Shown: in pieces, positions 18,915-27,501 of the stretch
Position numbering within the stretch: position 1 is the stretch's first letter
Layout: the number at the start of each line of letters is the position of its first letter
Origin: Vicinamibacteria bacterium
GTDB lineage: Bacteria; Acidobacteriota; Vicinamibacteria; Marinacidobacterales; Marinacidobacteraceae
Length of the DNA: 64,000 bases
Assembly (NCBI GenBank): GCA_964291235.2
Contig: OZ219815.1
Span: 224,001-288,000 of the forward strand
Reading direction: 5' to 3'
Program-made: the position numbers and the translations under genes
The notes under the pieces: generated by a model
Database searches by the model: none
What the model saw: only the letters and a program-made list of their open reading frames with translations
Told to the model about the DNA's origin: nothing

Positions 18915-19784
18915 ATGAACCAACCGAAGACGAAACCGCTGGCCGCGGCCGTTGCTCCGAATCCAAAGTCGCCCTACACTGCGGCGCAGCGCGGTAAGGA
19001 TAAAGTGGTGAACGGAGCGGAAGCCAACTCGCTCGAAGCGCTGGACCGCCGGACGACCGAGGGTTTCAATCTGATCCACGGCCGGCTCGACGTAATCCAG
19101 GAAGATGTCCGCGAGAACCGGCGGGACATCAAGGGCCTCCGCAAAGAGCTCTGGGACGGACTCCGAGAGGCTGCCGTCGACCGGGCGCAACTCGCGTCCA
19201 AGGCCGATCTCGAAAGGTTCGCGGAATCCGCCGAAGCCGATCGACGCAGGATCGAGACGGAGGCGGCCGCCCAGCGAGCGCAACTCGCGTCCAAGGCCGA
19301 TCTCGAAAGGCTCGCGGAGGACGCCGCCGCCGATCGGCACAGAATCGAGACGGAGGCGGCCGCCCAGCGAGCGCAACTCGCGCCGAGGGTTGATCTCGAA
19401 AAGGTTGCGGAAAACGCCGCCGCGGATCGGCGCAGGATCGAAACCGAAGCCGCCGCCGATCGGCGCAGGATCGAAACCGAAGCCGCCGCCGATCGGCGCA
19501 GGATCGAAACCGAGGCCGCCGCGGATCGGCGCAGGATCGAGAACAAGTTGGACGCTGCGCTTGCGGCGTTTCGAGCAGAAATGAACGAGCGGTTCGCTGC
19601 CCAGGAAAGCTCGCAGCGGGAGTTGATCGCGATGGTCAGCACCTTGGTCGAGCGGACCGAAGCCGCCACCTGGACTCATCGCAGGCTGTGGGTTGCGGTA
19701 GCGGCGGGAACGAGTCTTCTGGTGATCGGGGCCGTGATGCGACCGCTGCTCGAGCGGGCGGTCGCGGCGCTGCTCGGGGGATAG
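18915..19784 (+). CDS. coiled-coil repeat protein with C-terminal membrane anchor (paralog of 17179)
   Basis: Shared N-terminal ALDRR..IHGRLD..EDVREN..DIKGLRKELWDGL and C-terminal TM; 31-aa and 11-aa repeats; alternative start GTG 19008. Confidence 0.8.
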   Translation: MNQPKTKPLAAAVAPNPKSPYTAAQRGKDKVVNGAEANSLEALDRRTTEGFNLIHGRLDVIQEDVRENRRDIKGLRKELWDGLREAAVDRAQLASKADLERFAESAEADRRRIETEAAAQRAQLASKADLERLAEDAAADRHRIETEAAAQRAQLAPRVDLEKVAENAAADRRRIETEAAADRRRIETEAAADRRRIETEAAADRRRIENKLDAALAAFRAEMNERFAAQESSQRELIAMVSTLVERTEAATWTHRRLWVAVAAGTSLLVIGAVMRPLLERAVAALLGG

Positions 19785-19894
19785 CGCCTTTCCCGTGCCA
19801 GCGTGCCGCGGCGTGGCCTACCGGGGTTCGCGCTGACGCTGGGGGAGTCCGTCCACCGTCCGACCAGCGTGCGGCGTCGGGCGGGAGCCCCGCG

Positions 19895-20968
19895 TCAGGG
19901 CGTCAGGGCGCGGGCGTCGAAGAGCCGGTAGGCGCGTTCCACCGCGATCTGAGGGGCGCCCGGTTCCGTGACCGACGGGAAGTGCTCCCCGTGGGCGGTG
20001 AGATCGAGGGCGCCGGCTGCTTCCGCCGCCGGGACGCCCTCCGCGTGCGCGGCCTCCGCCTGCGCCCAGAAGTCATCCAGGTAGGCGGCGAGGTATTCGA
20101 GCTTCGCCTTGTCCTCGAACGGCGGGCCGTGACCGGGGAGCACGAGGTCGAAGTCCAACTCGGCGAAGGCCCGGATCGTCTCGCCCCATTCGGGATACCC
20201 GTCCCCCATGAACGGCAGCCCGAAGGGGATCAGGTCACCCGTCATCAACACCTTCTGCTCCGGCATGAAGACCACCACGTCGCCCGCGGTGTGGCCGAGT
20301 CCCATGAACAGGAGCTGGATCTCCTGGCCGCCCCGGTGGAGGGTCATCCGCCGCTCCAGGGTGAGGGTCGGAGGCACCGGGGTCACCGCCGCCGTCGCCT
20401 CCTGGTAGGCCCGCGTCATGGCCAGCGCTTCGGCGAGGTCGGCGCGATCGGCCTCCGAAGCCGCCTCCAGCCGGCTCTCGAGCGTCGCGATCTGCTCCGG
20501 CAGGGTGCCGACGAAGGCGTCCCAGGCGGTCCCCGAATTCGATCCGCCGCCCGCGACCACGTCGTAGGTGGTCTCGTGGCCGAGGATTTCCACCTCGTCG
20601 CCGAAGACCTGGTTCCCGTGGATGTGGTCGAAGTGGAAGTGTGTGTTCACCACGTAGCGGACGGGCTTGGGGGTCAGCGGCGAGAGTTCGTCGAGGAGCA
20701 CCCACGCCGCCGCCGGGGTGATGTGCGAGTCCACCAGCAGCAACGAGGCGCCGAGATCGACGACCGTGGCGTTCGCACCCACGTTCATGGCGCCGGTTCC
20801 CACCGCGTGCCAGATGCCGGGGCGCACCTCGGTGATCTCGAAGGCCGCCCCCTCATGGGCCATCGAGCCGGGCGGCGGCGGGTCCTCCGCTGGCGGCGGC
20901 GTGCCGCAGGCGGCCAGCAACGCGAAGAGCGCGAGAGGAGCGAGCGGCTCCAGATTCCGATACGTCAT
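19895..20968 (-). CDS. MBL-fold metallo-hydrolase lipoprotein (cyclase-like)
   Basis: NTHFHFDHIHGN, GHTAGD, PGHG; lipobox LAAC. Confidence 0.9.
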   Translation of the reverse strand: MTYRNLEPLAPLALFALLAACGTPPPAEDPPPPGSMAHEGAAFEITEVRPGIWHAVGTGAMNVGANATVVDLGASLLLVDSHITPAAAWVLLDELSPLTPKPVRYVVNTHFHFDHIHGNQVFGDEVEILGHETTYDVVAGGGSNSGTAWDAFVGTLPEQIATLESRLEAASEADRADLAEALAMTRAYQEATAAVTPVPPTLTLERRMTLHRGGQEIQLLFMGLGHTAGDVVVFMPEQKVLMTGDLIPFGLPFMGDGYPEWGETIRAFAELDFDLVLPGHGPPFEDKAKLEYLAAYLDDFWAQAEAAHAEGVPAAEAAGALDLTAHGEHFPSVTEPGAPQIAVERAYRLFDARALTP

Positions 20969-22389
20969 GAATCCTGCCTCCGTGAGGCCATCTTGCCAGA
21001 AGCCGGCAGCTCGTGCTCCAGCGCGTCGGCGAGTTGGAGTACCCCGAAGTCACCGCGGGGACGGCCGACGATCTGGAGCCCCACCGGAAGCCCCTCGGGC
21101 GTGGTCCCCGCGGGAACGGAGACGGCGGGACAGCCCAGCAGCGACACCCAGGCGCAGGACGCCATCCAGTCGGTGTAGGTCTTCATCGGCACCCCGGCGA
21201 TCTCGGTCGGGTACTCGACGGTGAGGTCGAACGGCGGCACCTGCGAGACCGGCAGCGCCAGGAATTCGTGCCGGTCGAAGAAGGTGTGCATCCGGCGCAG
21301 CAGCGCCGTCCAGCAGCGGGTGGCTTCCCCCAGTGCCGGCGCGTCGAGCGCCCTGCCCTGCTCGATGTTCCAGATCACCGTGTCCTTCATCGCCTCGCGG
21401 TGGCGGTCGAGCAGCGGGCCCCACTGGAATTCGAAGTACCAGGCCCGCCAGCGGTCGAAGGCCAGCGCGGCGCCCTCCATGTCCGGCGCCGCGTCCTCGA
21501 CGGCGCAGCCGAGCCCTTCGAGGGTGCGCCGCGCCGGGGCGAGCGCCGCCGGCACCCGCGGATCGAAGGGGACGCCCCCAAAATCGGTGCTCCACGCCAC
21601 CCGGACTCCGGCGAAGTCCCGCGCCAGCGGCTGCCGGAAGACGGCTCCCGGTTCCGCCAGCGAGAGCGGCGCTCGCGGATCCGGCCCCGCGATGGCGCTC
21701 AGCATGAGCGCCGCGTCCGCCGCGCTCCGGGCCATCGGCCCCTGCACCGGCACCGGGAACCACGGCGTCTCATCGGGCCATACGGGCACCCGCCCGGGCG
21801 AAGGCCGGAAGCCGACCACCCCGCAAAAGCTCGCCGGGTTCCGCAGCGAGCCGCCGTAGTCGCTCCCGTCGGCGAGCGGGACCATCCCCGCGGCGAGCGC
21901 CACCGCCGCACCCCCGCTGCTCCCGCCGCAGGTCTTCGTCTCGTCCCACGGATTCCGGGTGGGTCCGAACACCGGGTTGAAGGTCTGGGAGCCCGCGCCG
22001 AACTCGGGAGTGTTCGTCTTGCCGATGGAGATCGCCCCCGCCGCCCGCAGGCGTTCCACGATCAGCGCGTCCTCGTCCGGGACGAAGTCGGCGAAGATCG
22101 GCGACCCGAAGGTCGTCCGGATACCCTGGGTGAGGGTCAGGTCCTTGTGGGCGACGGGCAGGCCGTGGAGCGGCCCCAGCGTCTCGCCCGCGGCCACCAC
22201 CCGATCGGCCTTCGCAGCATCGGCGAGCAGTGTCTCCTCCGGCCGGAGGGTGACGATCGCGTTGAGGCGCGGGTTCACCTCCTCGATCCGGGCGAGATGC
22301 GCCTTCATCACCTCCACGGCGGATACCTCGCGGCGCACCATGAGCCGGACCAGCTCACGCGCCGGCGTGGCGCACAGACCGGACATCAC
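20965..22389 (-). CDS. amidase (amidase signature family)
   Basis: HKDL, GGSSGGAA, GSDYGGSLRNPA. Confidence 0.95.
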   Translation of the reverse strand: MMSGLCATPARELVRLMVRREVSAVEVMKAHLARIEEVNPRLNAIVTLRPEETLLADAAKADRVVAAGETLGPLHGLPVAHKDLTLTQGIRTTFGSPIFADFVPDEDALIVERLRAAGAISIGKTNTPEFGAGSQTFNPVFGPTRNPWDETKTCGGSSGGAAVALAAGMVPLADGSDYGGSLRNPASFCGVVGFRPSPGRVPVWPDETPWFPVPVQGPMARSAADAALMLSAIAGPDPRAPLSLAEPGAVFRQPLARDFAGVRVAWSTDFGGVPFDPRVPAALAPARRTLEGLGCAVEDAAPDMEGAALAFDRWRAWYFEFQWGPLLDRHREAMKDTVIWNIEQGRALDAPALGEATRCWTALLRRMHTFFDRHEFLALPVSQVPPFDLTVEYPTEIAGVPMKTYTDWMASCAWVSLLGCPAVSVPAGTTPEGLPVGLQIVGRPRGDFGVLQLADALEHELPASGKMASRRQDS

Positions 22390-24014
22390 GAACAGGACGT
22401 GGTCAGCCGCGTAGTCAGTTCGACGAGGCCTCCCCGGCCGGGCAGGGCGCCGTCCAGCCAGAGCACCCGGCGCCCGCGACGCTTGAGTTCCTCGTAGTCC
22501 GCCGCCGCCTGGAGCCGGGCGAAGGCGCCGAGGCCGAGCCCGGCCAGGGTGGAGGGCAAATCAGGGCTCGCCGGGATGACGACATCCGGTCCGGGACTCC
22601 AGGTCAGCATCAGGACCGCGAGGTCCGGGGGGCCGCCCTTTTCGATCTGACCGAGCGAGTGCAGGAGCGCGGACCCGAACCCGAGCGCCGGCGTCACCCG
22701 GAACCGCGCGGCGAACTGCCGCTGGAGCGCGTGGAGCAACCCTTCTGAAATCCGGCTCCGGTGGCCGAAGGCGTTGATGACGAGCCCTCCTTCCGCCGCC
22801 TGCGCGAGGAACTCCCGGATCTCGGAATCGGAGACCGCCGCCGGCAGCGGAGCCGACCCCGGATTCGCCGCCAGCCGGCGGGCGGCATCCTTCGTGCCCT
22901 CGACGTCCGGCTGGTCGTAGGGATCCACCCCCATCCGGAAGGCCGCGACGGAGACCGCGATCTGCCAGCGGAAAATGAAGGACAGGCGGCCGGACTCGTC
23001 CGGTGGGCAGTGAATCGCCGGGACCCCCTCGCCCGCTCCGCTCTCGAGCCGCTCCCGGTCCTTGCCCTCCGCCGGACCCAGATGGATCACCAGGGTGGTG
23101 TCCGCCAGGCGCTCGGGGTGCGGCGGCTCGCAGACCACCGGCAGGATCCCGGTTCCCGCCTTCCCGCTGGTCTCCGCGAAGAGCTGCTCCAGCCAGGGGA
23201 GCACTCCCTCCGACCCGGGCGACGCGGTGAGGTGCGCGTGCCAGCGTCCCGCCGCCCGTAACCGGGCGAGCAGCGCGCCCAGCCGGAAGGCGGGCTCCGT
23301 CTCCGGATGACCCGCATCGAGCGCCTCCCGCAGGCGGCGCACTCCGTCGAGCTCCCCATTCAACTCGCACCCGGCGAGGACCGCCGGCAGGAGTCCGAAG
23401 GCGCTGAGGGCCGAGAAACGCCCGCCCACGTCTTCCCTGCCGGCGAACCGCCGCCGGTAGCCGGCCCGCTCGGCCCACCGGTAGAGCGGCGACCCCGCGT
23501 CGCTGACCGCCAGGAAATGGCGGCCGGGCGCGGCGCCGGCCTCCCGGAGCCGCTCGAAGATCACCGCTTCGAGCGCCCGGGTCTCCACCGTGGTCCCCGA
23601 TTTCGAGGCAATCAGGAACACGGTCTTCAGGAGGCGGTGCGGCGGAACGACCTCCCGGACCGCTTCGGGCGCGAGGCTGTCGAGGAACTGCACTGCGAGC
23701 CCGCGAGCCCGGGGAAGTCCCGAGAGGAGCGCCCGCGGGGCAAGGGCGGAACCGCCCATCGCCACCACCACCAGATGCTCGAAGCCGTCGGCGAGCAGTT
23801 CCTCGCGAAGCCGGACGTACTCGGGCAGTTCCCGGGTGGCGGTGAGCGGCAGGTCCACCCAGCCGAGGCGGTCCTCCGCGCCCCGCGAGCCGGTCGCGCC
23901 CAGCCCGCCGGGAGGCTGCCAGTCGGTCCACGGCTCGGCTTCGCCTGCCGGGAGGGAGGCCAGCGGGCGCACCGACGGGCGGCCGTCGGTGGTGTCCCAG
24001 AGGCTCCAGGTCAT
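22386..24014 (-). CDS. glucose-6-phosphate isomerase-like protein (PGI half of TAL/PGI)
   Basis: RLGWVD, MGGSAL, SKSGTTVET, VGGRFSALSAFGL, DPYDQPDVE; start approximate. Confidence 0.8.
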   Translation of the reverse strand: MTWSLWDTTDGRPSVRPLASLPAGEAEPWTDWQPPGGLGATGSRGAEDRLGWVDLPLTATRELPEYVRLREELLADGFEHLVVVAMGGSALAPRALLSGLPRARGLAVQFLDSLAPEAVREVVPPHRLLKTVFLIASKSGTTVETRALEAVIFERLREAGAAPGRHFLAVSDAGSPLYRWAERAGYRRRFAGREDVGGRFSALSAFGLLPAVLAGCELNGELDGVRRLREALDAGHPETEPAFRLGALLARLRAAGRWHAHLTASPGSEGVLPWLEQLFAETSGKAGTGILPVVCEPPHPERLADTTLVIHLGPAEGKDRERLESGAGEGVPAIHCPPDESGRLSFIFRWQIAVSVAAFRMGVDPYDQPDVEGTKDAARRLAANPGSAPLPAAVSDSEIREFLAQAAEGGLVINAFGHRSRISEGLLHALQRQFAARFRVTPALGFGSALLHSLGQIEKGGPPDLAVLMLTWSPGPDVVIPASPDLPSTLAGLGLGAFARLQAAADYEELKRRGRRVLWLDGALPGRGGLVELTTRLTTSCS

Positions 24015-24163
24015 GGTGTTGGTCGGTCGGAAAGTCGGAGGAACCGGCCCGCCAGTGACCTGGACACCCGGTGATCCCGCCAACCCGCGTCGGCAGCCGG
24101 CGTCGGGCTACCATTGACGAGCCGGCTTCCGCGCCGTCGGCGGGCAGCCGGGGGAGCGTACCA

Positions 24164-25204
24164 ATGAGCCATCTCGTCAAGACTTCGAAACGAACGCGAT
24201 TCGAAAAAAGCCCGGTCGGCGGTTCCGTCACCGACCCCAAGGTTTTCTTCAACCGCCGGTCCATCGTGAAGGCGCTCGGCAGCGCCGCGCTGGTCGGGCC
24301 CTACACGATGGCCTGCAGCAGCGACGCCGAGGGCGCGGAACTGCTCGATATCCCGTATTCCCGTCCCGACGTGTTTCCGGCCCAGAGGAACGAGGCCTAC
24401 CAGGTTCCCGAGATGATCGAGCGCAAGGACCTGATGGCGCGCGAGGTCGCGGGTTCGCACAACAACTTCTACGAGTTCCTCGCGGGCCGCGGCGGCGCGG
24501 TGTGGAAGCTCTCCGGCGACTACAAGCCGGTGCCCTGGGCGGTCGAGGTGACCGGCGAGTGCAACAAGCCGCAGACCTTCGACCTCGACGACCTGCTCAA
24601 GTTCGAGCACGAGGAGCGGATCTACCACTTCCGCTGCGTCGAGCGCTGGGCGATGAACGTGCCCTGGACGGGATTTCCGCTCTCCGCGCTGCTGAACGCG
24701 GTGGAGCCGAACTCAAACGCCCGCTACGTGGGGTTCACCAGCCTCAACCGCCCCGAGGAGATGCCCGGACTGGCCTCGAGCAATTGGTACCCGTGGCCGT
24801 ATCACGAGGCGCTGCGGATGGACGAGGCGATGAATCCGTTGGCGCTCGTGGTCACCGGCATTTACGGCGACCCGCTGGTGCGCCAGCACGGGGCTCCCAT
24901 CCGGCTCGCGATCCCCTGGAAGTACGGCTACAAGGGTCCCAAGGCGGTGGTGAAGATCGAGCTGACCACCCGGCAGCCGCCCTTCTTCTGGGAGATGCAG
25001 GAGCACGAGTACGGGTTCTTGTCGAACATCAATCCGAACATCCCGCACCCCCGCTGGAGCCAGGCGGAGTCCTACTGGCTGGACAACCGGGCGCCCTTCC
25101 CGACCCCGCTCTTCAACGGCTACGCGGACCAGGTGGCGTCGCTCTACCCGGACGAGCCGATGACTCCGCAGCGGGCGCTGCGGATGGGCCAGAAAGCGCG
25201 CTGA
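24164..25204 (+). CDS. msrP: protein-methionine-sulfoxide reductase catalytic subunit
   Basis: Tat-like NRRSIVK, NNFYEF, HFRCVERW, HGAPIRLAIPWKYGYK, HPRWSQA. Confidence 0.92.
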   Translation: MSHLVKTSKRTRFEKSPVGGSVTDPKVFFNRRSIVKALGSAALVGPYTMACSSDAEGAELLDIPYSRPDVFPAQRNEAYQVPEMIERKDLMAREVAGSHNNFYEFLAGRGGAVWKLSGDYKPVPWAVEVTGECNKPQTFDLDDLLKFEHEERIYHFRCVERWAMNVPWTGFPLSALLNAVEPNSNARYVGFTSLNRPEEMPGLASSNWYPWPYHEALRMDEAMNPLALVVTGIYGDPLVRQHGAPIRLAIPWKYGYKGPKAVVKIELTTRQPPFFWEMQEHEYGFLSNINPNIPHPRWSQAESYWLDNRAPFPTPLFNGYADQVASLYPDEPMTPQRALRMGQKAR

Positions 25205-25216
25205 CCGCGGCTACCG

Positions 25217-25573
25217 ATGCCCTGGCTTGCGGTCGGCGCCGCCGCGATGCTGCTCGGAGTGATCGCCGGCGCTTTCGGCGCCCACGGTCTGGCGTCCCAG
25301 CTTGACGCCCGTTCGCTCCAGACCTTCGAGACCGCGGTCCGCTATCACCTGATCCACGGGTTGGGCCTGCTGGCGGTCGGGGCGCTGGCGGGCGGCCCCC
25401 TCGGCTGGGCGGCCGGGGCCCTGATGACCGCCGGCATCGTGCTGTTTTCGGGAAGCCTCTACTGGCTCGCGGTCGGCGGCCCGTCCTGGCTGGGGCCGGT
25501 GACGCCGCTCGGCGGACTCTGCCTGATCGCCGCCTGGGGCTGTCTTCTCGTGGACTTCCACCGCCAGTCATGA
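25217..25573 (+). CDS. DUF423 membrane protein
   Basis: GAFGAHGL, FETAVRY, LFSGSLY, GPVTPLGG. Confidence 0.92.
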   Translation: MPWLAVGAAAMLLGVIAGAFGAHGLASQLDARSLQTFETAVRYHLIHGLGLLAVGALAGGPLGWAAGALMTAGIVLFSGSLYWLAVGGPSWLGPVTPLGGLCLIAAWGCLLVDFHRQS

Positions 25574-26067
25574 GCGCGCCGGACGGGCGGAAGGCGTTTC
25601 AGGACCACTACCCGGCAGCCACGCAGCACTGCTACGGGTGTGGGTCGCGGAACCGCGACGGCTACCGGATCCGGAGCTTCGCCGAGGGTGACGAGGCGGT
25701 TTGCCGCTTCACTCCCGAGCCGTTCCACACCGCGGTCCCGGGCGCCGTGTACGGAGGGCTGATCGCCTCGCTGATCGACTGCCACGGCACCGGAACGGCG
25801 GCCTGGGAAGCGTACCGGGCAGCCGGTCGGCCGATGGACAGCGAGCCGTCGCTGCGGTTCGTCACCGGATCGCTCCAGGTGACCTACCGGAAGCCCACGC
25901 CGCTCGGCGTGGAGCTGATCCTCCGGGCCCGGGCGACCGAGGTCACCGACCGGAAGGTGCGGGTGCGGGTTCAGGTCGAAGCCGACGGGGTGGTCACCGC
26001 CGAGGGAGAAGTGGTGGCGGTGCGGATCCCGGAGGCCTGGCTGGAGAGCCTCGCCGGCGGAGCCTGA
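25570..26067 (+). CDS. PaaI family thioesterase
   Basis: HCYGCG, YGGLIASLIDCH, YRKPTP. Confidence 0.9.
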   Translation: MSAPDGRKAFQDHYPAATQHCYGCGSRNRDGYRIRSFAEGDEAVCRFTPEPFHTAVPGAVYGGLIASLIDCHGTGTAAWEAYRAAGRPMDSEPSLRFVTGSLQVTYRKPTPLGVELILRARATEVTDRKVRVRVQVEADGVVTAEGEVVAVRIPEAWLESLAGGA

Positions 26068-26117
26068 CGCAGGGGCCGTCCAACCCGCATCGCAGGCCAC
26101 CGGGCCGCGAAGGTCAG

Positions 26118-26139
26118 TTAGACTAGTTTGACTAGTCAA
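26118..26139 (+). promoter_or_regulatory. TA operator palindrome
   Basis: TTGACTAGTCAA perfect palindrome plus an adjacent GACTAGT copy just before the antitoxin start. Confidence 0.6.
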
Positions 26140-26147
26140 TCTTGATC

Positions 26148-26423
26148 ATGAACCTGACCTTTTCCACCTACGAGGCCAAGGCCCGCTTTTCCGAAGTCAT
26201 CCGACTGGTCCGCGAGGGACGCACCGTGCAGATCTCCTACCACGGCAAACCAGTGGCCGAAGTCCGGCCCCTCGAGGAAAAGAAGAAGTCCATCGAAGAG
26301 CACTTTGCCGATCTGGAGCGTCGCGGGATCGTTTCGCCGCCGGCAGAGCCGGGTCCGTTCCGTCCCGGGCCGGTGGTTCGCAGGCCGGGAGCGCTCCAAC
26401 GCTTCCTTGACGAACGCGACTGA
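26148..26423 (+). CDS. Phd/YefM family antitoxin
   Basis: STYEAKARFSEVIRLV..G..V.ISYHGKPVAEVRP. Confidence 0.92.
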   Translation: MNLTFSTYEAKARFSEVIRLVREGRTVQISYHGKPVAEVRPLEEKKKSIEEHFADLERRGIVSPPAEPGPFRPGPVVRRPGALQRFLDERD

Positions 26424-26445
26424 CGAACGCGACTGACGAACGCGA
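26408..26445 (+). repeat. 13-bp tandem repeat x3 (TGACGAACGCGAC)
   Basis: Read directly at the antitoxin/toxin junction. Confidence 0.95.
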
Positions 26446-26826
26446 ATGAGCGCCGCGTATGTGGATTCTTCCGTCCTCGTTGCGATCGCTCTGGGGGAGC
26501 CCGGGAGCGATGCGGTCCTCCGCAGACTGGCAGATTTCCCCCTGCTGTATTCCTCAAACCTCCTCGAGGCCGAACTGCGGAGCGCGTTGGCCCGAGAGGG
26601 GGTTCCCTGGTCGTATCAGCATGTGACGCAGATCCGCTGGATCTGGACAGATCGTCCACTCGGTGATGAGATGCAGACCATTCTGGACGTCGGGTATCTG
26701 AAGGGTGCGGATCTCTGGCATCTCGCCGTGGCTCTGGCCTCCACCCCGGACCCGCGCGACATGGCGTTCCTTACGCTGGACGAACGGCAGCGGGCGGTGG
26801 CGGCACAGCTCGGGTTCCACGTCTGA
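26446..26826 (+). CDS. vapC: PIN domain toxin (VapC family)
   Basis: YVDSSVLV, LKGADLWHLA, FLTLDERQ. Confidence 0.9.
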   Translation: MSAAYVDSSVLVAIALGEPGSDAVLRRLADFPLLYSSNLLEAELRSALAREGVPWSYQHVTQIRWIWTDRPLGDEMQTILDVGYLKGADLWHLAVALASTPDPRDMAFLTLDERQRAVAAQLGFHV

Positions 26827-26851
26827 GGCCGGCCCCCGGGCCTCGGCCGCC

Positions 26852-27493
26852 TCAGGCGGATTCGCCCGTGTAGAACGCAGCCGTGCGCCGTGCCGCGGTG
26901 CGGGCGGCCTTGGGATCCGCTCCCGCGGCAACCGCCGCGCGTCCCCATCCCTCGCTGCTCCCGTTGAGGAACGCCCGGCCGTCCGGCGAAGCCGCGAAGG
27001 CGGCTTCATCCGGATTCGGGGCGGTCGGGTCCGCGAGATGGAGCGCGAGTCCCAGCAGGCCGAGTTCCCAGCCCACGCCGGTCGCTCCGGGCCCGTAGGT
27101 GTCCCAGTGCTCCGGGAGGTGGGCGGTGTGCGTGAGTGTCAGCCGCGTGCCGCTGGCGCCGTCGTCACTCAGGTGGATCTCCACCCAGCTCACGTCCTCG
27201 CCGAACTCCCAGGTGAGGGCGAAGGACGACGACGGTTCACACGCGGTGATGACGCCGCCCGCGTTGCCCTCGAGCTGATAGCGACCGCCGGCTTCGAGTT
27301 CGCCGCTGACGGGCCCGAACCAGCGCGGGAGGCGGTCGGGGTTCGTCACCGCGTCCCAGAGATCATTGGCACTCGTCCGGAAACTGCGGGCGAGCCGGAC
27401 CGCCGCGGCGGGTTTCCCGGCGCGCTCGACGGCCGCTACGGAGCGCTCTACGGCAAGGAGGTGGGTGGGGATGTCGGAACTCACGGGAAGCAC
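26852..27493 (-). CDS. SRPBCC/AHSA1 family protein
   Basis: LWDAVTNPDRLPRWF, GPGATGVGWE. Confidence 0.88.
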   Translation of the reverse strand: MLPVSSDIPTHLLAVERSVAAVERAGKPAAAVRLARSFRTSANDLWDAVTNPDRLPRWFGPVSGELEAGGRYQLEGNAGGVITACEPSSSFALTWEFGEDVSWVEIHLSDDGASGTRLTLTHTAHLPEHWDTYGPGATGVGWELGLLGLALHLADPTAPNPDEAAFAASPDGRAFLNGSSEGWGRAAVAAGADPKAARTAARRTAAFYTGESA

Positions 27494-27501
27494 GGCCTTT
27501 G

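Noticed and set aside
18751-19897. GGGCTCCCGCC inverted repeat flanking the second coiled-coil gene as cassette ends
   Set aside because: Only 11 bp of GC-rich match and absent around the paralog; compatible with chance
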